NCBI RefSeq assembly: GCF_032444005.1
Contig: NC_091287.1
Location: 524,210,001-524,274,000, forward strand
Source: Ranitomeya imitator
Taxonomy: Eukaryota
Length of the DNA stretch: 64,000 nucleotides
Direction: 5' to 3'
Shown: positions 1 through 12,041 of the stretch, piece after piece
Numbering within the stretch: the stretch's first letter is position 1
Layout: each line of letters starts with the position of its first letter
Program-made: the position numbers and the translations under genes
Notes under the pieces: model-generated
What the model was told of the DNA's origin: nothing
The model's input: only the letters and a program-made list of their open reading frames with translations
The model's database searches: none

Positions 1-624
1 AGAAGAATGGCTATCACAAAGGGTTGGATGGACAGTTGAAACCAACCATGACAGATGTTCTTCCAGCTCCAAAAGCAATAATCGAGATGATTAGTTGTCA
101 ATGCAAACATGACTGTTCTTCTTCAAGGTGTTCGTGCCGAAAAAATAACTTATCCTGTACCGATCTTTGTCAGTGTGACAGCGAGTGTATGAATGACGAG
201 GACACTCAGACCAAATATGAAACTGATGATGACAGTGATGGTGGCGATATGTAAAGACACTCTGGTTGTTCAAAAGTTAAAAACATTAACTCTCTGCTTT
301 TCGAGTTCGAAAATTTGTTCAAATATAAACCGATACAATTTGTAGTCGTATATAGAGTATTTATTTGGATACCACTGCATTTCTTAGTACTCAAAATGTA
401 TGTTTAGCTGTCAAAATTTAAGTTTTACGTTACTTACAAGCTGAGATATTAACAAAAATCGATGTAAATCAGCCATTTTGTAAAATCCAAGATGGCGGCC
501 ACTTAGGACTCGGGGCAAATGGAAACATTGTTTTTCTTATTGCTTATACCATAGCCTTTCCAAAAATGTACATATTTGAAACTCTCCAGAAAATTCCGGC
601 GAAATTACATAGTGAACCGGGCTA
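1..624 (+). mobile_element. 3' end of an Academ-like DNA transposon (runs off window start)
   Basis: Cys-rich ORF end, then about 370 bp AT-rich tail ending ...GTGAACCGGGCTA at 624, consistent with TAG...CTA Academ-type termini. Sequence switches abruptly to Gypsy pol at 625. Confidence 0.6.
3..254 (+). CDS. C-terminus of Academ-type transposase (Cys8/CXC-like zinc finger), 5'-partial
   Basis: Frame open from base 3: KNGYHKGLDGQLKPTMTDVLPAPKAIIEMISCQCKHDCSSSRCSCRKNNLSCTDLCQCDSEC..., with the PAP-x-CxC-x3-C-x4-CxC-x6-C-x3-CxC motif typical of the C-terminus of XPG-containing Academ proteins, then an acidic tail and TAA. Confidence 0.65.
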   Translation, partial: KNGYHKGLDGQLKPTMTDVLPAPKAIIEMISCQCKHDCSSSRCSCRKNNLSCTDLCQCDSECMNDEDTQTKYETDDDSDGGDM

Positions 625-3235
625 ATTGGACAGTATTGGAACCCTTCTTAGTCGAATCAGAAAGAGGTTTTGCAATAACACAAAAATTCTTTATGAATTT
701 TCTATAATAATTTAAAACCCCAAGAATCTCTGAATCGACTTCAAGCATTCAGGTCTAGGCCACTCCAATACCGCCAGAACCTTCATCGGGGTCCATCTCA
801 AAACCATCACTGGATATAAAGTACCCCAAAAAACAAATTTTCTGTACCGCAAACTCGCATTTAGCAAAGAATGTGTTTTCTCTCAGAATCTGCAGAACCT
901 TGCGGACTGTTTGCCAATGCGACTCCAGATCGGGTGAGTAGATTAAAATATCATCCAAATAAACAATAACACTCCTACCAATCAACGGCCTCAGAATGTC
1001 GTTAATTAATTTTTGAAAGAACGCTGGAGCATTTGTAAGGCCAAAAGGCATTACTAGACACTTAAAATGACCTTCCGGGGTATTAAAGGCTGTCTTCCAT
1101 TCATCGCCTTCTTTTACCCACAGCAAATTATATGCCCCACAGAGATTGATCTTAGAGAACCACCTGGCTCCAACTAATTGGTTAAACAAATCCGGAATTA
1201 GCGGCAAGGGGTAAGGATTGCGTACAGTGATCTTATTAATCTCTCTTAAATCCAGACATGGCCTAAGAGCCCCAACTTTTTTTTTATTACAAAAAAGAAT
1301 CCCACAGCCACAGGGGATTTAGAGGGTCTTATATGACCTGCAGCAAGACTAGTCTGCAGGTATTCCTTTAAGGCCTCCCTCTTGGGAATTGTCAGATTAC
1401 ATAAAAGACTCTTAAGGCCCCGTCACACATAGCGATACTTGAGCGATTCCGACAACGATACGACCTGTCAGGGATCGTTGCTGCGTCGCTATGTGGTCGC
1501 TGGTGAGATGTCAAACAGTGAGATCTCACCAACGACGCAGCAGCGATGCGGCGACCTGTAGTGACCTGTACAACGATCCTATTTCATGACGATTCAATGG
1601 GACGTCCTGTCAGCGAGGTCGTTGGTAAGGTGTCAAACACAGCGATGTGTGCTACCCAGCGGGACCTCAACGATCAAAAAATGGCCCAGGCCATTCCGAC
1701 ACGACCAGCGATCTCACAGCAGGGGCCTGGTCGCTGCTACGTGTCACACATAGCAAGATCGCTACTGAGATCGCTGTTGCATCACAAAACTTGTGACTCA
1801 GCAGCGATCTCGCTAGCGATCTCGCTGTGTGTGACGGGGGCTTTAGGGAGAGTAGCACCTGAGACGGACTCAAGAGCGCAATCGTAATCTCTATGAGGTG
1901 GTAGAGCTGGTGACTCCACCTCTGAAAATGCTTTCCACAATTCCTGAATGGCTTCAGGTAGATCACTTTTCACAACAGCAGCAATGTGTATATCACAATA
2001 TTTCCCATAACACTCCTGACCCCAGGATCTTATCAAACCTGATGACCAGTCCAGTACAGAATTGTGCATCTTTAACCAGGGTAACCCCAGAACAAATGGA
2101 AAAGGCAATTTATCAAGTACAAACAAATCTAAAGATTCTTGGTGTTCCATATTCACAGTGAGTGGAAACCCGGTGACCTTTCGAGAAACGCACCCATGCT
2201 CTAGAGGAGTGTTGTCAATCGCCACTACAGGAAAAGGGCATGTTAAAGGTTCAGAATCAATCTTATACTTGTCTAGAAATTGTTGATGAATCAAATTAAG
2301 TGCAAAACCACAGTCCACCATCACTTGAAAATCAATTGAATGACCACGACAGGTAGAACTGCCAGAAAAAGAAACTCCTGCGGACCGTAAAAATGCAATG
2401 CGAATGGGAGGGATACTCTGACCTTTTTTTCTCTCTTTTCCTTCCTTATGCGTCCTTCACATTGGTTAATAAAATTGTCCGCCTTACCACAATAAAAGCA
2501 TAGTCATTCAGAGAACCTTCTCTAACTTTCCTGGGAATGAGAGAACATTGCCCCAAATTGCATCATTTCCCCACAGTCAACGGGGCTCTCCTGAGAGACT
2601 GGATCCAGCAAAATTGAAACCTTCTCCTCATTCTGTCTATCTCTCAATCTTCTATCCACCCGGGTAGCTAACTGCATAGCAGCCTAAAGCGTAGCAGGTG
2701 CAGGATACGCAATGAGTAAATCTTTAACCTTGTCATTCAAACCTGCTAAAAACTGACTCCTGAGTGCTGGATCATCCCCGCTGACTTCTGCAGACCATCA
2801 TCTGAACTGGGTACACTATCTCTCAGCGTCGCCAGAACCCTCTTTCAGCCGTCTGAGTTCTGCCTCGGCTGTAGTGACTCAATCAGGATCATCATATAAT
2901 ACCCCCATAACAAAAAACTTCTACTGACATCAAACAAGGGTAATCCGGACGTAACGAAAATGCCCAAACTTGCAGCTCACCTCGCAATAACGACATAATA
3001 ATCCCCACATGCTGCAATTCAGCCCCTGAAGACCTGGGTCTAAGCCAAAAATAAAGTAAACATGCATTTTTAAACGAAAAAAATTTCTGCCGTATGCCAG
3101 AAAAACATTCAGGCGAACCCACCTTAGATTCTTCAGAGCGGATTCCAGGGCAGTTACTCACGTGCTGTTGTAAGGTGGCAACTTTCAACGCTAACCCTTG
3201 CAGACGCTGAGCAAGATCTTGAACGCTGTTTATAT
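625..3235 (-). pseudogene. Degenerate Gypsy (Tf1/sushi-like) gag-pro-RT relic
   Basis: RT motifs in 755-1207 (WKTAFNTPEGHF, MPFGLTNAPA, VYLDDILIYS), protease in 1782-2324 (MVDCGFALN), gag in 2892-3188 (homologous to the gag at 30.9 kb). Broken by frameshifts and stops and by a MITE. End approximate. Confidence 0.9.
1415..1842. mobile_element. PIF/Harbinger-type MITE inserted in the Gypsy relic
   Basis: TIR AGGCCCCGTCACACA / TGTGTGACGGGGGCT, TTA duplicated on both sides (1412-1414, 1843-1845), internally palindromic. Confidence 0.85.
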
Positions 3236-3294
3236 TGCAGAAATCTGGGAGGGTTTTTTTTTAAACTTTTTTTCTGGCTCGACAAACTGATATG

Positions 3295-3470
3295 GAGTTT
3301 GTGCTCCAGACGGACACCTCTGACGTCGCGGTGGGAGCCGTGTTGTCCTAGGTGATAGATGTGGAGCACAGGCCAGAGAAGCTGCATAGAAAAGCAGAAG
3401 CCCTTTCCAGAGTCCCCTGCTTAGCCAGTGAAGGTGCCAAAACCCCTGGCTTTGGGCAGGGGGGGGGTAA
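3295..3470 (+). pseudogene. Short fragment of a second Gypsy pol (RNase H-like) ending in a G-run
   Basis: EFVLQTDTSDVAVGAVLS* resembles the RT_RNaseH motif F.LQTDAS..G.GAVLSQ; followed by AEALSR and a purine run. Confidence 0.55.
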
Positions 3471-3808
3471 ATATGTGAAAATGTCACTGGTAACGTATGG
3501 GAGGGGAGATATACTATGTGTTACAGAACTGCAACACAAAACTAGAGTAGAAAGGGAAAACTGACCCTGCACTATGCCTAGGCAGATACCCTACGATGGA
3601 TTGGGTGACCCATTCAAAAGCTATAGATAGGGGGAATGGGGTCCCCAAGATATCTAAGGACTGGGTATAAAAACGGGTCACCTCCTAATAGAAAACACAG
3701 AGTAGGCTGCAGAAACCAACTGAAAACGGAAACTAAGACTAGCAGATCCAGTGGTCACAGTACTGCACAAATTACACACACAGAAGACAAAGCAAAGCAC
3801 CAAGCCAG

Positions 3809-5419
3809 TGTAACGCTCGCACCGAGACTGGTTGGCGCGGGCGCCTGGGGGTGTGGCCCCACTGGACCACAGACCGAACTTCCCTGGAAGGGGCGTAACT
3901 AAGTAGCTTCCTAGGTGTTCGCTGGAGCCTCTGATGGTGAGGTCAGACTTGTGCAATAGGAAGCTACCAGGTACCACTCCAGGGTGGAGTCGGACTGTGG
4001 ATGCTGATCCCACCGGGGACAAGACACGGGCAGGCAGGCACGGCTGTGACACTGGCTGACAGACGGGTATGGCAGAGGCCCTGACGGGCGGACTGGCTTG
4101 ACGGAGATACAGGCAGGCAGACGGGCGCGGCTGGCACTCAGGCAGACAGGCGGGCACGGCTGGCACTGGCAGACAGGACTGATACTCTGGTAGGAACTGG
4201 GATTCAGATGGATGTGTGGAAACAGGTAAGAACCTGTTCAGACTGGAGAATATGAAGCAACAGGTAGAGACCTGTATGGAAAGTTGCAGAATAAAGATAG
4301 AGCAAGAGTGGAAGCAAAGCTGAATCGCAGGAGGCTGAGTACGAGTAGAAGGCGGAGCTAAGAGAAGAGTAGGAGAAGGCAGAGCTATGAGCAGAGAAGG
4401 AGAAGGCAGAGTAGAGAAGGAGAAGGCAGAGCAGAGAGTAGAGAAGGAGAAGGCAGAGCCAAGGACGGAGCTGCAGGAGGCGGAGCCAAGAGCAGAGACG
4501 CTGGAGGCAGAGCCAAGAGCGGAGACGCTGGAGGCAGAGCCAAGAGCGGAGACGCTGGAGGCGGAGCCAAGAGCGGAGACGCTGGAGGCGGAGCCAAGAG
4601 CGGAGACGCTGGAGGCGGAGCCAAAAGCGGAGACGTTGGAGGCGGAGCCAAGAGCGGAGATGCTGGAGGCGGAGCCAAGAGCGGAGACGCTGGAGGCGGA
4701 GCCAAGAGCGGAACCGCAGGAGGTAACCCCAAGAGCTAAAGACGTAGAACCGCAAGCAGTGGTGCCAGGTGGAACCGCAAGGAGCGGAGCCGCAGAGCAA
4801 AGCCACAGAGTGCGGAGCAAGGTCAGAGAGCAGAGCTGAGAGAAAAGCTGAGAGACACAGAACCACAGGTTGTGGTAGAACTGAGCAGAGAGAAGAGCCA
4901 CAGACAGTGGCGAACAGAGCAGAAAGATAAGGCAGAGGTACACACAGCAGAGTGGGAAATGACTAATGACAAAGAAGGAGCAGGGACGGACATAGACCAG
5001 AGTACAGACAGGAACGGACACGGATACACAAACAGAACACAGATGAAGGCCTGCAATAGTGCAGCCCTCTGAGACAGGAAACACACGACCTGGCAGCTCA
5101 GTAGCAAATGCTAACTGAGGGGAATGGTTTGCTCAGGCATCCTCCAATGGGTGAGGATGCCTTAAGTATCAGAGGCCTCAAGGCTATTGGCCAGAAGCAC
5201 CTTAGGGAGGTGCACACAGTCTCAATAAGAATCCGGAGTGGCTGGCGCCGCCCCCCTATGCACACAGCCAGGAATTGTATACAGAGCAGGCCGCCATGAA
5301 GCACATGGCATGGAACCAGCAGCAGACAGATCTCACAGCATGGCACTGGGTGTGTGAGTAGATGTAACAGGCAGGTGGGGAATGGAAGGCCATGCAGTGA
5401 TGCCGGCAGGGTTGTTACA
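3809..5419. mobile_element. Solo LTR (1.6 kb)
   Basis: TGTAAC...GTTACA termini, perfect 5-bp TSD GCCAG (3804-3808, 5420-5424), no internal coding domain. Confidence 0.85.
4456..4737. repeat. 27-bp minisatellite (about 10 copies) inside the solo LTR
   Basis: Unit GAGCCAAGAGCGGAGACGCTGGAGGCG; translates as the (ETLEAEPRA)n repeat. Confidence 0.95.
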
Positions 5420-6083
5420 GCCAGAACTAAAGATGATTAACACTGTTGTCCAGCAAGGACTGGGAGGCAGGTGCTGGTTAATAAAGAGTGATACAATCAC
5501 CTGTCCCAAGACAAACCCAGCAGCAGAGGGAAAAGACCAGCAGCAACAACACCACAAGAAAATGGCGGATGGTTACAAACTAAACAGATTCTAACAGTAC
5601 GCTCAATGACGTTAGTGATTTAAAGCCAGAGTATTTTCCTCTAGCACACTAAAGTGTCCACCTTATCAGAGCCAGCCACCGTGTCCTGACAGGACAGGTG
5701 TGATGTCACAATCATGTGATCAGTCACATGATGAAGGAGTCACATGATCTGGGGCTTAAGTTCATGGCTTCCAAAGGCCACAGTGTTTAGTGTGTGCCTG
5801 GTGAGGAAGCACTCCAGGAAAGTGTTCATGCGTGTTTTGGTTGCTAAAACCTGAACCTTGTTTGTTCTGCTTGCGGTGAAAGGGAGGAACTCTGCTCTCA
5901 GAAGGACTGATTTTTCTGCCACCATTGTTTCGTTTTCCTGTTTTTGCCCAGAGGGCTGTATTTGCTTTACTGCACCTTGACTTATTCTGTCTATCATAAG
6001 CCAAAGGAAGCTCTTAAAGCTGCAGTGTACCCTTGTCTACCTTTGTGTGCAGCCAAGTGAGCTGGTAGACCACAATATATATA

Positions 6084-7266
6084 CCGTATATACTCGAGTA
6101 TAAGCCGAGATTTTCAGCCCATTTTTTTGGGCTGAAAGTCCCCCTCTCGGCTTATACTCGAGTCATATACCCGGGTGTCAGCAGGGGAGGGGGAGCGGGG
6201 GCTGTGTAATCATACTTACCTGCTGCGGCGCGGTCCCTGCAGTCCCTGGCTTCTCCGGCGCTGCAGATTCTTCCTGCACTGAGCGGTCACATGGCACCGC
6301 TCATTACAGAAATGAATAGGCAGCTCCACCCCCATAGGGGAGGAGCCGCATATTCATTGCTGTAAATGATCGGTGCCATGTGACCGCTCAATTACAGGAA
6401 GAAGCTGCAGCGCCGGAGAAGCCAGGGACTGCAGGGACCGCGACGCAGCAGGTAAGGGGAGCGCAGCGCTATAATTACCTGCTCCTCGCTCCGGCTCCGT
6501 CTGCAGCGTCCTCTAGCAATGACGCTCAGGTTAGAGGGCGCTGTGACGTAGTCAGTGCGCGCCCTCTGCTGAGCGTCAGTGCTGGAGACGGAGCCGCAGA
6601 GGAGCAGGTAATTATTGAAAGTGCCGGCGTCCTGAGAAGAGAGGTGAGTATGTGATTTTTTTTTTTTTTTATGGCAGCACCAGCAGCATTCTAAGGAGCA
6701 CCTATGGGCCATAAAGGTGCAGAGCATATATGGGGCACAGCATTATAAGGAGCACCTATGGGGCCATAAAGGTGCAGAGCATATATGGGGCACAGCATTA
6801 TAAGGAGCACCTATGGGGCCATAAAGGTGCAGAGCATATATGGGGCACAGCATTATAAGGAGCACCTATGGGGCCATAAAGGTGAGAGCATATATGGGGC
6901 ACAGCATTATAAGGAGCACCTATGGGGCCATAAAGGTGCAGAGCATAAATGGGGCACAGCATTATAAGGAGCACCTATGGGGCCATAATCAAAGGTGCAG
7001 AGCATATATGGGGCACAGCATTATAAGGAGCACCTATGGGGCCATAATCAAAGGTGCAGAGCATATATGGGGCACAGCATTATAAGGAGCATCTATGGGG
7101 CCATAATCAACGGTGCAGAGCATCTATTTTTATTTTTGAAATTCACCGGTAAATGCTGCATTTTCTACCCTAGGCTTATACTCGAGTCAATAAGTTTTCC
7201 CAGTTTTTTGTGGCAAAATTAGGGGGGTCGGCTTATACTCGGGTCGGCTTATACTCGAGTATATAC

Positions 7267-7268
<2 letters not shown>
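6084..7268. mobile_element. Non-autonomous Tc1/mariner-superfamily element with Tc2-like CCGTA termini
   Basis: TIR CCGTATATACTCGAGTATAAGCCGA at both ends, TA on both flanks, followed by (TA)n. Confidence 0.9.
6684..7125. repeat. 55/59-bp minisatellite (about 8 copies) inside the Tc2-like element
   Basis: Unit GAGCATATATGGGGCACAGCATTATAAGGAGCACCTATGGGGCCATAAAGGTGCA; later copies carry a 4-bp insertion. Confidence 0.95.
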
Positions 7269-7301
<33 letters not shown>

Positions 7302-7311
7302 GTATCATAAC

Positions 7312-7475
7312 TTGCACTGATTACGGGCAATACCACGAAACACTGCATCTGTCAATTGAGATTCTGGTTTGGATTTTATACTAAGTCATATAGCAAGGCT
7401 CGTTAAAGAATCAATAGTGACTTTTAGGATAGCTAAGTCCAATAGATGGTGCTAGAGTTCTAATCCTCTTTCTCA
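7312..7475 (+). repeat. Copy of a dispersed repeat with a degenerate hammerhead motif
   Basis: ttgca-CTGATTA-cggg-caata-ccac-GAAAC...ATC-tgtcaa, followed by sequence shared with 12690-12744 and 16411-16530. Confidence 0.55.
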
Positions 7476-7688
7476 TTGAGATAATGCAGAATAACATCCC
7501 TCAGAAACCCTTCAAATATTTTGCCAACAACAGAGGTTAGACTTACTGGCCTATAATTTCCAGGTTCACTTTTAGAGCCCTTTTTGAATATTGATACCCC
7601 ATGTTTATATAGGGTTTTATTTATCTCTTGGCATTTCACCTAGCATTTTATTTTCCACCGTGAATACCGTGAAGAAGGAAGTGTTTAA

Positions 7689-8974
7689 CCCCTTCATGAC
7701 CGGGGGATTTTTCGTTTTTCCGTGTTCGTTTTTCGCTCCCCTCCTTCCCAGAGCCATAACTTTTTTATTTTTCCGTCAATTTGGCCATGTGAGGGCTTAT
7801 TTTTTGCGGGACGAGTTGTACTTTTGAACAACATCATTGGTTTTAGCATGTCGCGTACTAGGAAACGGGAAAAAAATTCCAAGTGCGGTGAAATTGCAAA
7901 AAAAGTGCAATCCCACATTGGTTTTTTGTTTGGCTTTTTTGCTAGGTTAACTAAATGCTAAAAATGACCTGCCATTATGATTCTCCAGGTCATTACGAGT
8001 TCATAGACACCAAACATGACTAGGTTATTTTTTATCTAAGTGGTGAAAAAAAATTCCAAACTTTGCTAAAAAAAAAAAAAAAAAAAAAGTTGCGCCATTT
8101 TCCGATACTCGTAGCGTCTCAATTTTTCATCATCTGGGGTCGGTTGAGGGCTTATTTTTTGCGTGCCGAGATGACGTTTTTAATTATAGCATTTCGGTGC
8201 AGATACGTTCTTTTGATCGCCCGTTATTGCATTTTAATGCAATGTCGCGGCGACCAAAAAAACGTAATTCTGGCGTTTCGAATTATTTTCCCGCTACGCT
8301 GTTTAGCGATCAGGTTAATACTTTTTTTAATTGATAGATCGGGCGATTCTGAGCACGGCGATACCAAATATGCGTAGATTTGATATTTTGTTTATTGATT
8401 TATTTTGATTGGGGCGAAAGGGGGGTGATTTAAACTTTTATGTTTTTTTTATTTTTTTCACATTTTTTTAAACTTTTTTTTTAAACTTTTGCCATGCTTC
8501 AATAGCCTCCATGAGAGGCTAGAAGCAGGCATAGCACGATCGGCTCTGCTACATAGCAGCGATCTGCTGATCGCTGCTATGTAGCAGAATTGCAGGTGTG
8601 CTGTGAGCGCCGACCACAGGGTGGCGCTCACAGCGACGGGCAATCAGTAACCATAGAGGTCTCAAGGACCTCTATGGTTACCATTCACAAGCATTGCCGA
8701 CCCCCGATCATGTGACGGGGGTCGGCGATGACGTCATTTCCGGCCGCCCGGCCGGAAGCGGTAGTTAAATGCCGCTGTCTGCGTTTGACAGCGGCATTTA
8801 ACTAGTTAATAGGTGCGGGCAGATCGCGATTCTGCCCTCGCCTATTACGGGCACATGTCAGCTGTTCAAAACAGCTGACATGTCCCGGCTTTGGTGCGAG
8901 CTCACCGCGGAGCCCTGCATCAAAGCAGGGGAGCCGGCATCGGACGGTATAGTACGTCCGATGCCGGTAAGGGG
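7689..8974. mobile_element. Non-autonomous piggyBac-like element
   Basis: TTAA at 7685-7688 and 8975-8978, CCCCTT...AAGGGG termini, no transposase. Confidence 0.85.
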
Positions 8975-8982
8975 TTAATATA

Positions 8983-9507
8983 CAGCTCTGGCAAAAGTTG
9001 AGAGACCACCACATCAAAACCCTGTCATGGGCAGCCCAATCTCCAGACCTGAACCCCATTGAAAACCTCTGGAATGTAATCAAGAGGATGATGGTCACAA
9101 GCCATCAAAGAACTGCTTAAATTTTTGTGCCAGAAGCAGTGTGGAAGACTGGTGGAAAGCATGCCAAGACGCATGAAAGCTGTGATTAACAATCATGGTT
9201 ATTCCACAAAATATTGATTTCTGAACTCTTCCTGACATAAAACATTAGTATTGTTCTTTCTAAATGATTATGAACTTGTTTCCTCTGCATTATTTGAGGT
9301 CTGAAAGCAGTGGTTTCTTTTAATTTTGACCATTTCTCCTTTTCAGAAAAAAAATATAAAATTTATTGCTTGTAAATTTGGAGACATGTTGTCGGAAGTT
9401 TATAGAATAAAAGAACAATTTACATTTTACTCAAAAATATACCTATAAAGAGAAAAATCAGACAAACTGAACATTTTGCAGCAGTCTCTTAATTTTTGCC
9501 AGAGCTG
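8983..9507 (+). mobile_element. Tc1 deletion derivative
   Basis: 24-bp TIR CAGCTCTGGCAAAA(G/A)TT(G/A)AGAGAC, TA on both flanks, retains [15 protein letters not shown] at 9028-9072. Confidence 0.92.
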
Positions 9508-10397
9508 TATTAGCTTTTTCCTCGTCATCTACAACCATTCTTTCCTCACTATTTTTTAAGGTTCTACACTTTCACTTATGATTCTTTTACTATTGATATA
9601 GTTGAAGAACAGTTTGGGATTAGTTTTACTCTCCTTAGCAATGTGCTTCTCTGTTTCCTTTTTGGCAGCTTTAATTAGTTTTTTAGATAAAGTATTTTTC
9701 TCCCTATAGTTTTTTAGAGCTTCAATGGTGCCATCCTGCTTTAGTAGTGCAAATGCTTTCTTTTTACTGTTAATTGCCTGTCTTACTTCTTTGTTTAGCC
9801 ACATTGGGTTTTTCCTATTTCTAGTCCTTTTATTCCCACAAGGTATAAACCGCTTACACTGCCTATTTAGGATGTTCTTAAACATTTCCCATTTATTATC
9901 TGTATTCTCATTTCTGAGGATATTGTCCCAGTCTACCAGATTAAGGGCATCTCTAAGCTGGTCAAACTTTGCCTTCCTAAAGTTCAATGTTTTTGTGACT
10001 CCCTGACAAGTCCCCCTAGTGAAAGACAGGTGAAACTGCACAATATTGTGGTCGCTATTTCCTAAATGCCCGACCACCTGCAGATTTGTTATTCTGTCAG
10101 GTCTATTAGATAGTATTAGGTCTAAAAGTGCTGCTCCTCTGGTTGGATTCTGCACCAATTGTGAAAGATAATTTTTCTTGGTTATTAGTAGAAACCTGTT
10201 GCCTTTATGGGTTTCACAGGTTTCTGTTTCCCAGTTAATATCCGGGTAGTTAAAGTCCCCCATAACCAGGACCTCATTATGGGTTGCAGCTTCATCTATC
10301 TGCTTTAGAAGTAGACTTTCCATGGTTTCTGTTATATTTGAGGGTTTGTAACTGAAGTTTGTTATTGTTATTGTAAGTTGTTCAATAAAAGGAAGTT

Positions 10398-10610
10398 TTA
10401 GGCTGTGTGCACACGTTCAGGATTTTTTGTGTTTTTTTCGCTATAAAAACGCGATAAAAGCGCTAAAAAAACGCTTACATTAAGCATCCTCATATTAGAA
10501 TGTATTCCGCCTGTTTTGTGCACATGCTGCGTTTTTTTCCGCGGCGGAATCACATTCCGGAAAAAAACAAAGCATGTTCATTCTTTGTGCGGAATCGCGG
10601 GGATTTACGT
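10398..10610. mobile_element. Truncated Harbinger-type MITE
   Basis: TA-GGCTGTGTGCACACG start and CG-rich internal palindromes; second end not found. Confidence 0.45.
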
Positions 10611-11915
10611 TTGTGCAATCCTTCCACAAATTACTACTTTTATCTATGGCTTCTGCTGTATTTATTGTCTTGTAAGTACCAACAAGTCCTTTATCTTAAT
10701 CACATCCAGAATGCACTATGGAGTTTCAGTTGCCATGTTGCAAATATTCACGGTAGTCAAGCTATGAAACAATGGCAGAAGTGAAAGTTCCAGCTCCTAT
10801 AGTGCTGGCTGAATACTGATAAAGAGGAAGTGGATGACAAGCTCCTGAGCATGAGAATCCAGGCTGTTCTTGGACAAGTATGTGCTGTTTTAACTAATTG
10901 TGGTAATTGAGAGACATAAAATAACGCATTAACAATAGGTTAATAAGTTTGTTTGTCATCTTTTGAGTATGGAACACGATTCTCGGACCGAGGGAGCATC
11001 TTCTGATCCAAAATCAACAGCCTTATATTCATATATAAGGCTGTAAAGTTCAGGCTAGGAAAATTCATGGTCGGTCATACAAGCAAAATTAAATATGGCC
11101 TTACTCTGGGTTTTTTTGTGAAAAGACAGGTACCCTTTCGGTTACATTCATACATCTATTTTTCTCGTTCATGTGCTGCTGACCAATGAAGTTTAAGGGA
11201 ATCATACAACATCTGTTTTTTGTTGTTTTTTTTAATGGATCCATGTGTCCATTTTGTCAAACAACAAGGTGCAAGTCCTATTGTCATCCGTATGTCCAGA
11301 TCAGAGATGACAATAGGAAAAAAATGATACATTACTTAGTGTAAATGGAAATGCAAAAAATTCAAGACACTTTACAGAAGAGAAAAGAATGGATGTAAAA
11401 GGAATGCAAGTGGGAAAAATGTGATCCATGATAAACAGCTAAATATAAAATAGTATGATAAAAAATTGTGGCCAAAAATATTTTTAGATGCATTTTTTTA
11501 ACATCTATCCAAAGTTGACACCCATGACTTGTTTTCATATCCTTCAATGCATTTGATATAAAATATCCTGCAATTCGCACATTAGCTTTTCAGTTTGTAC
11601 AGTAAGAACTCCGGTCGCTCAGCACAGATCCGGCACATGTTTTCATTTCAGAACACGAATACATTCCTTTGCCGTGGCTGTTTACATTACTTATCTCAGA
11701 AATGTTGTTGTTTGTTTTCCTCTTCTTGTGAAGGCTTAAATTATTCCATAATAATGAATAATCCCAACTAGCGGTTTCACAATAAAAAGTAATTAAAAAA
11801 TGTTCTTGCAATACTTTAAAGAAGTACATGTCCAAGAAACAACACTTTGCTTAGTTAATCCCAGAGCAGATGGAAACAGAAACCAAAATTAAAATTAACA
11901 AATTATAAATATAGA

Positions 11916-11958
11916 TTTGCAGATACGTGTTTCGGAGTGTTGCCCCTTCTCAGTGTAA
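11916..11958 (-). ncRNA. Degenerate hammerhead-like motif
   Basis: Minus strand: ttaca-CTGAGAA-gggg-caaca-ctcc-GAAAC-acgt-ATC-tgcaaa; G8 and stem III altered. Confidence 0.5.
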
Positions 11959-12041
11959 CTAAGGAGAAAGGCGTGCACTCTGGAGGTGTAAAGCTGGTGC
12001 AGGCTGAACCTGGACTTGATCCAGGAGGCTCATGTATAGGA

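Larger units (their letters stand above)
3519..5596. mobile_element. LTR-like sequence interrupted by a younger solo LTR
   Basis: TGTTA...TAACA inverted termini around the 3809-5419 insertion; no matching TSD found. Confidence 0.45.
7480..10355 (-). mobile_element. Internal CR1 ORF2 fragment, interrupted by two DNA transposons
   Basis: Near-identical to 53500-54750 on the opposite strand. ORF 9556-10323 has GDFNYPDINW, LDLILSN and SDHN endonuclease motifs. About 200 bp internal deletion near 7590. Ends approximate. Confidence 0.92.

Noticed and set aside
5650-6074. Possible additional LTR
   Set aside because: LTR-like composition, but no matching termini or TSD could be established.
10708-10880. 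Possible exon (CAG...GTATGT) encoding MAEVKVPAPIVLAE.../DKEEVDDKLLSMRIQAVLGQ
   Set aside because: Stops in all frames, needs a frameshift, and no recognisable homology.
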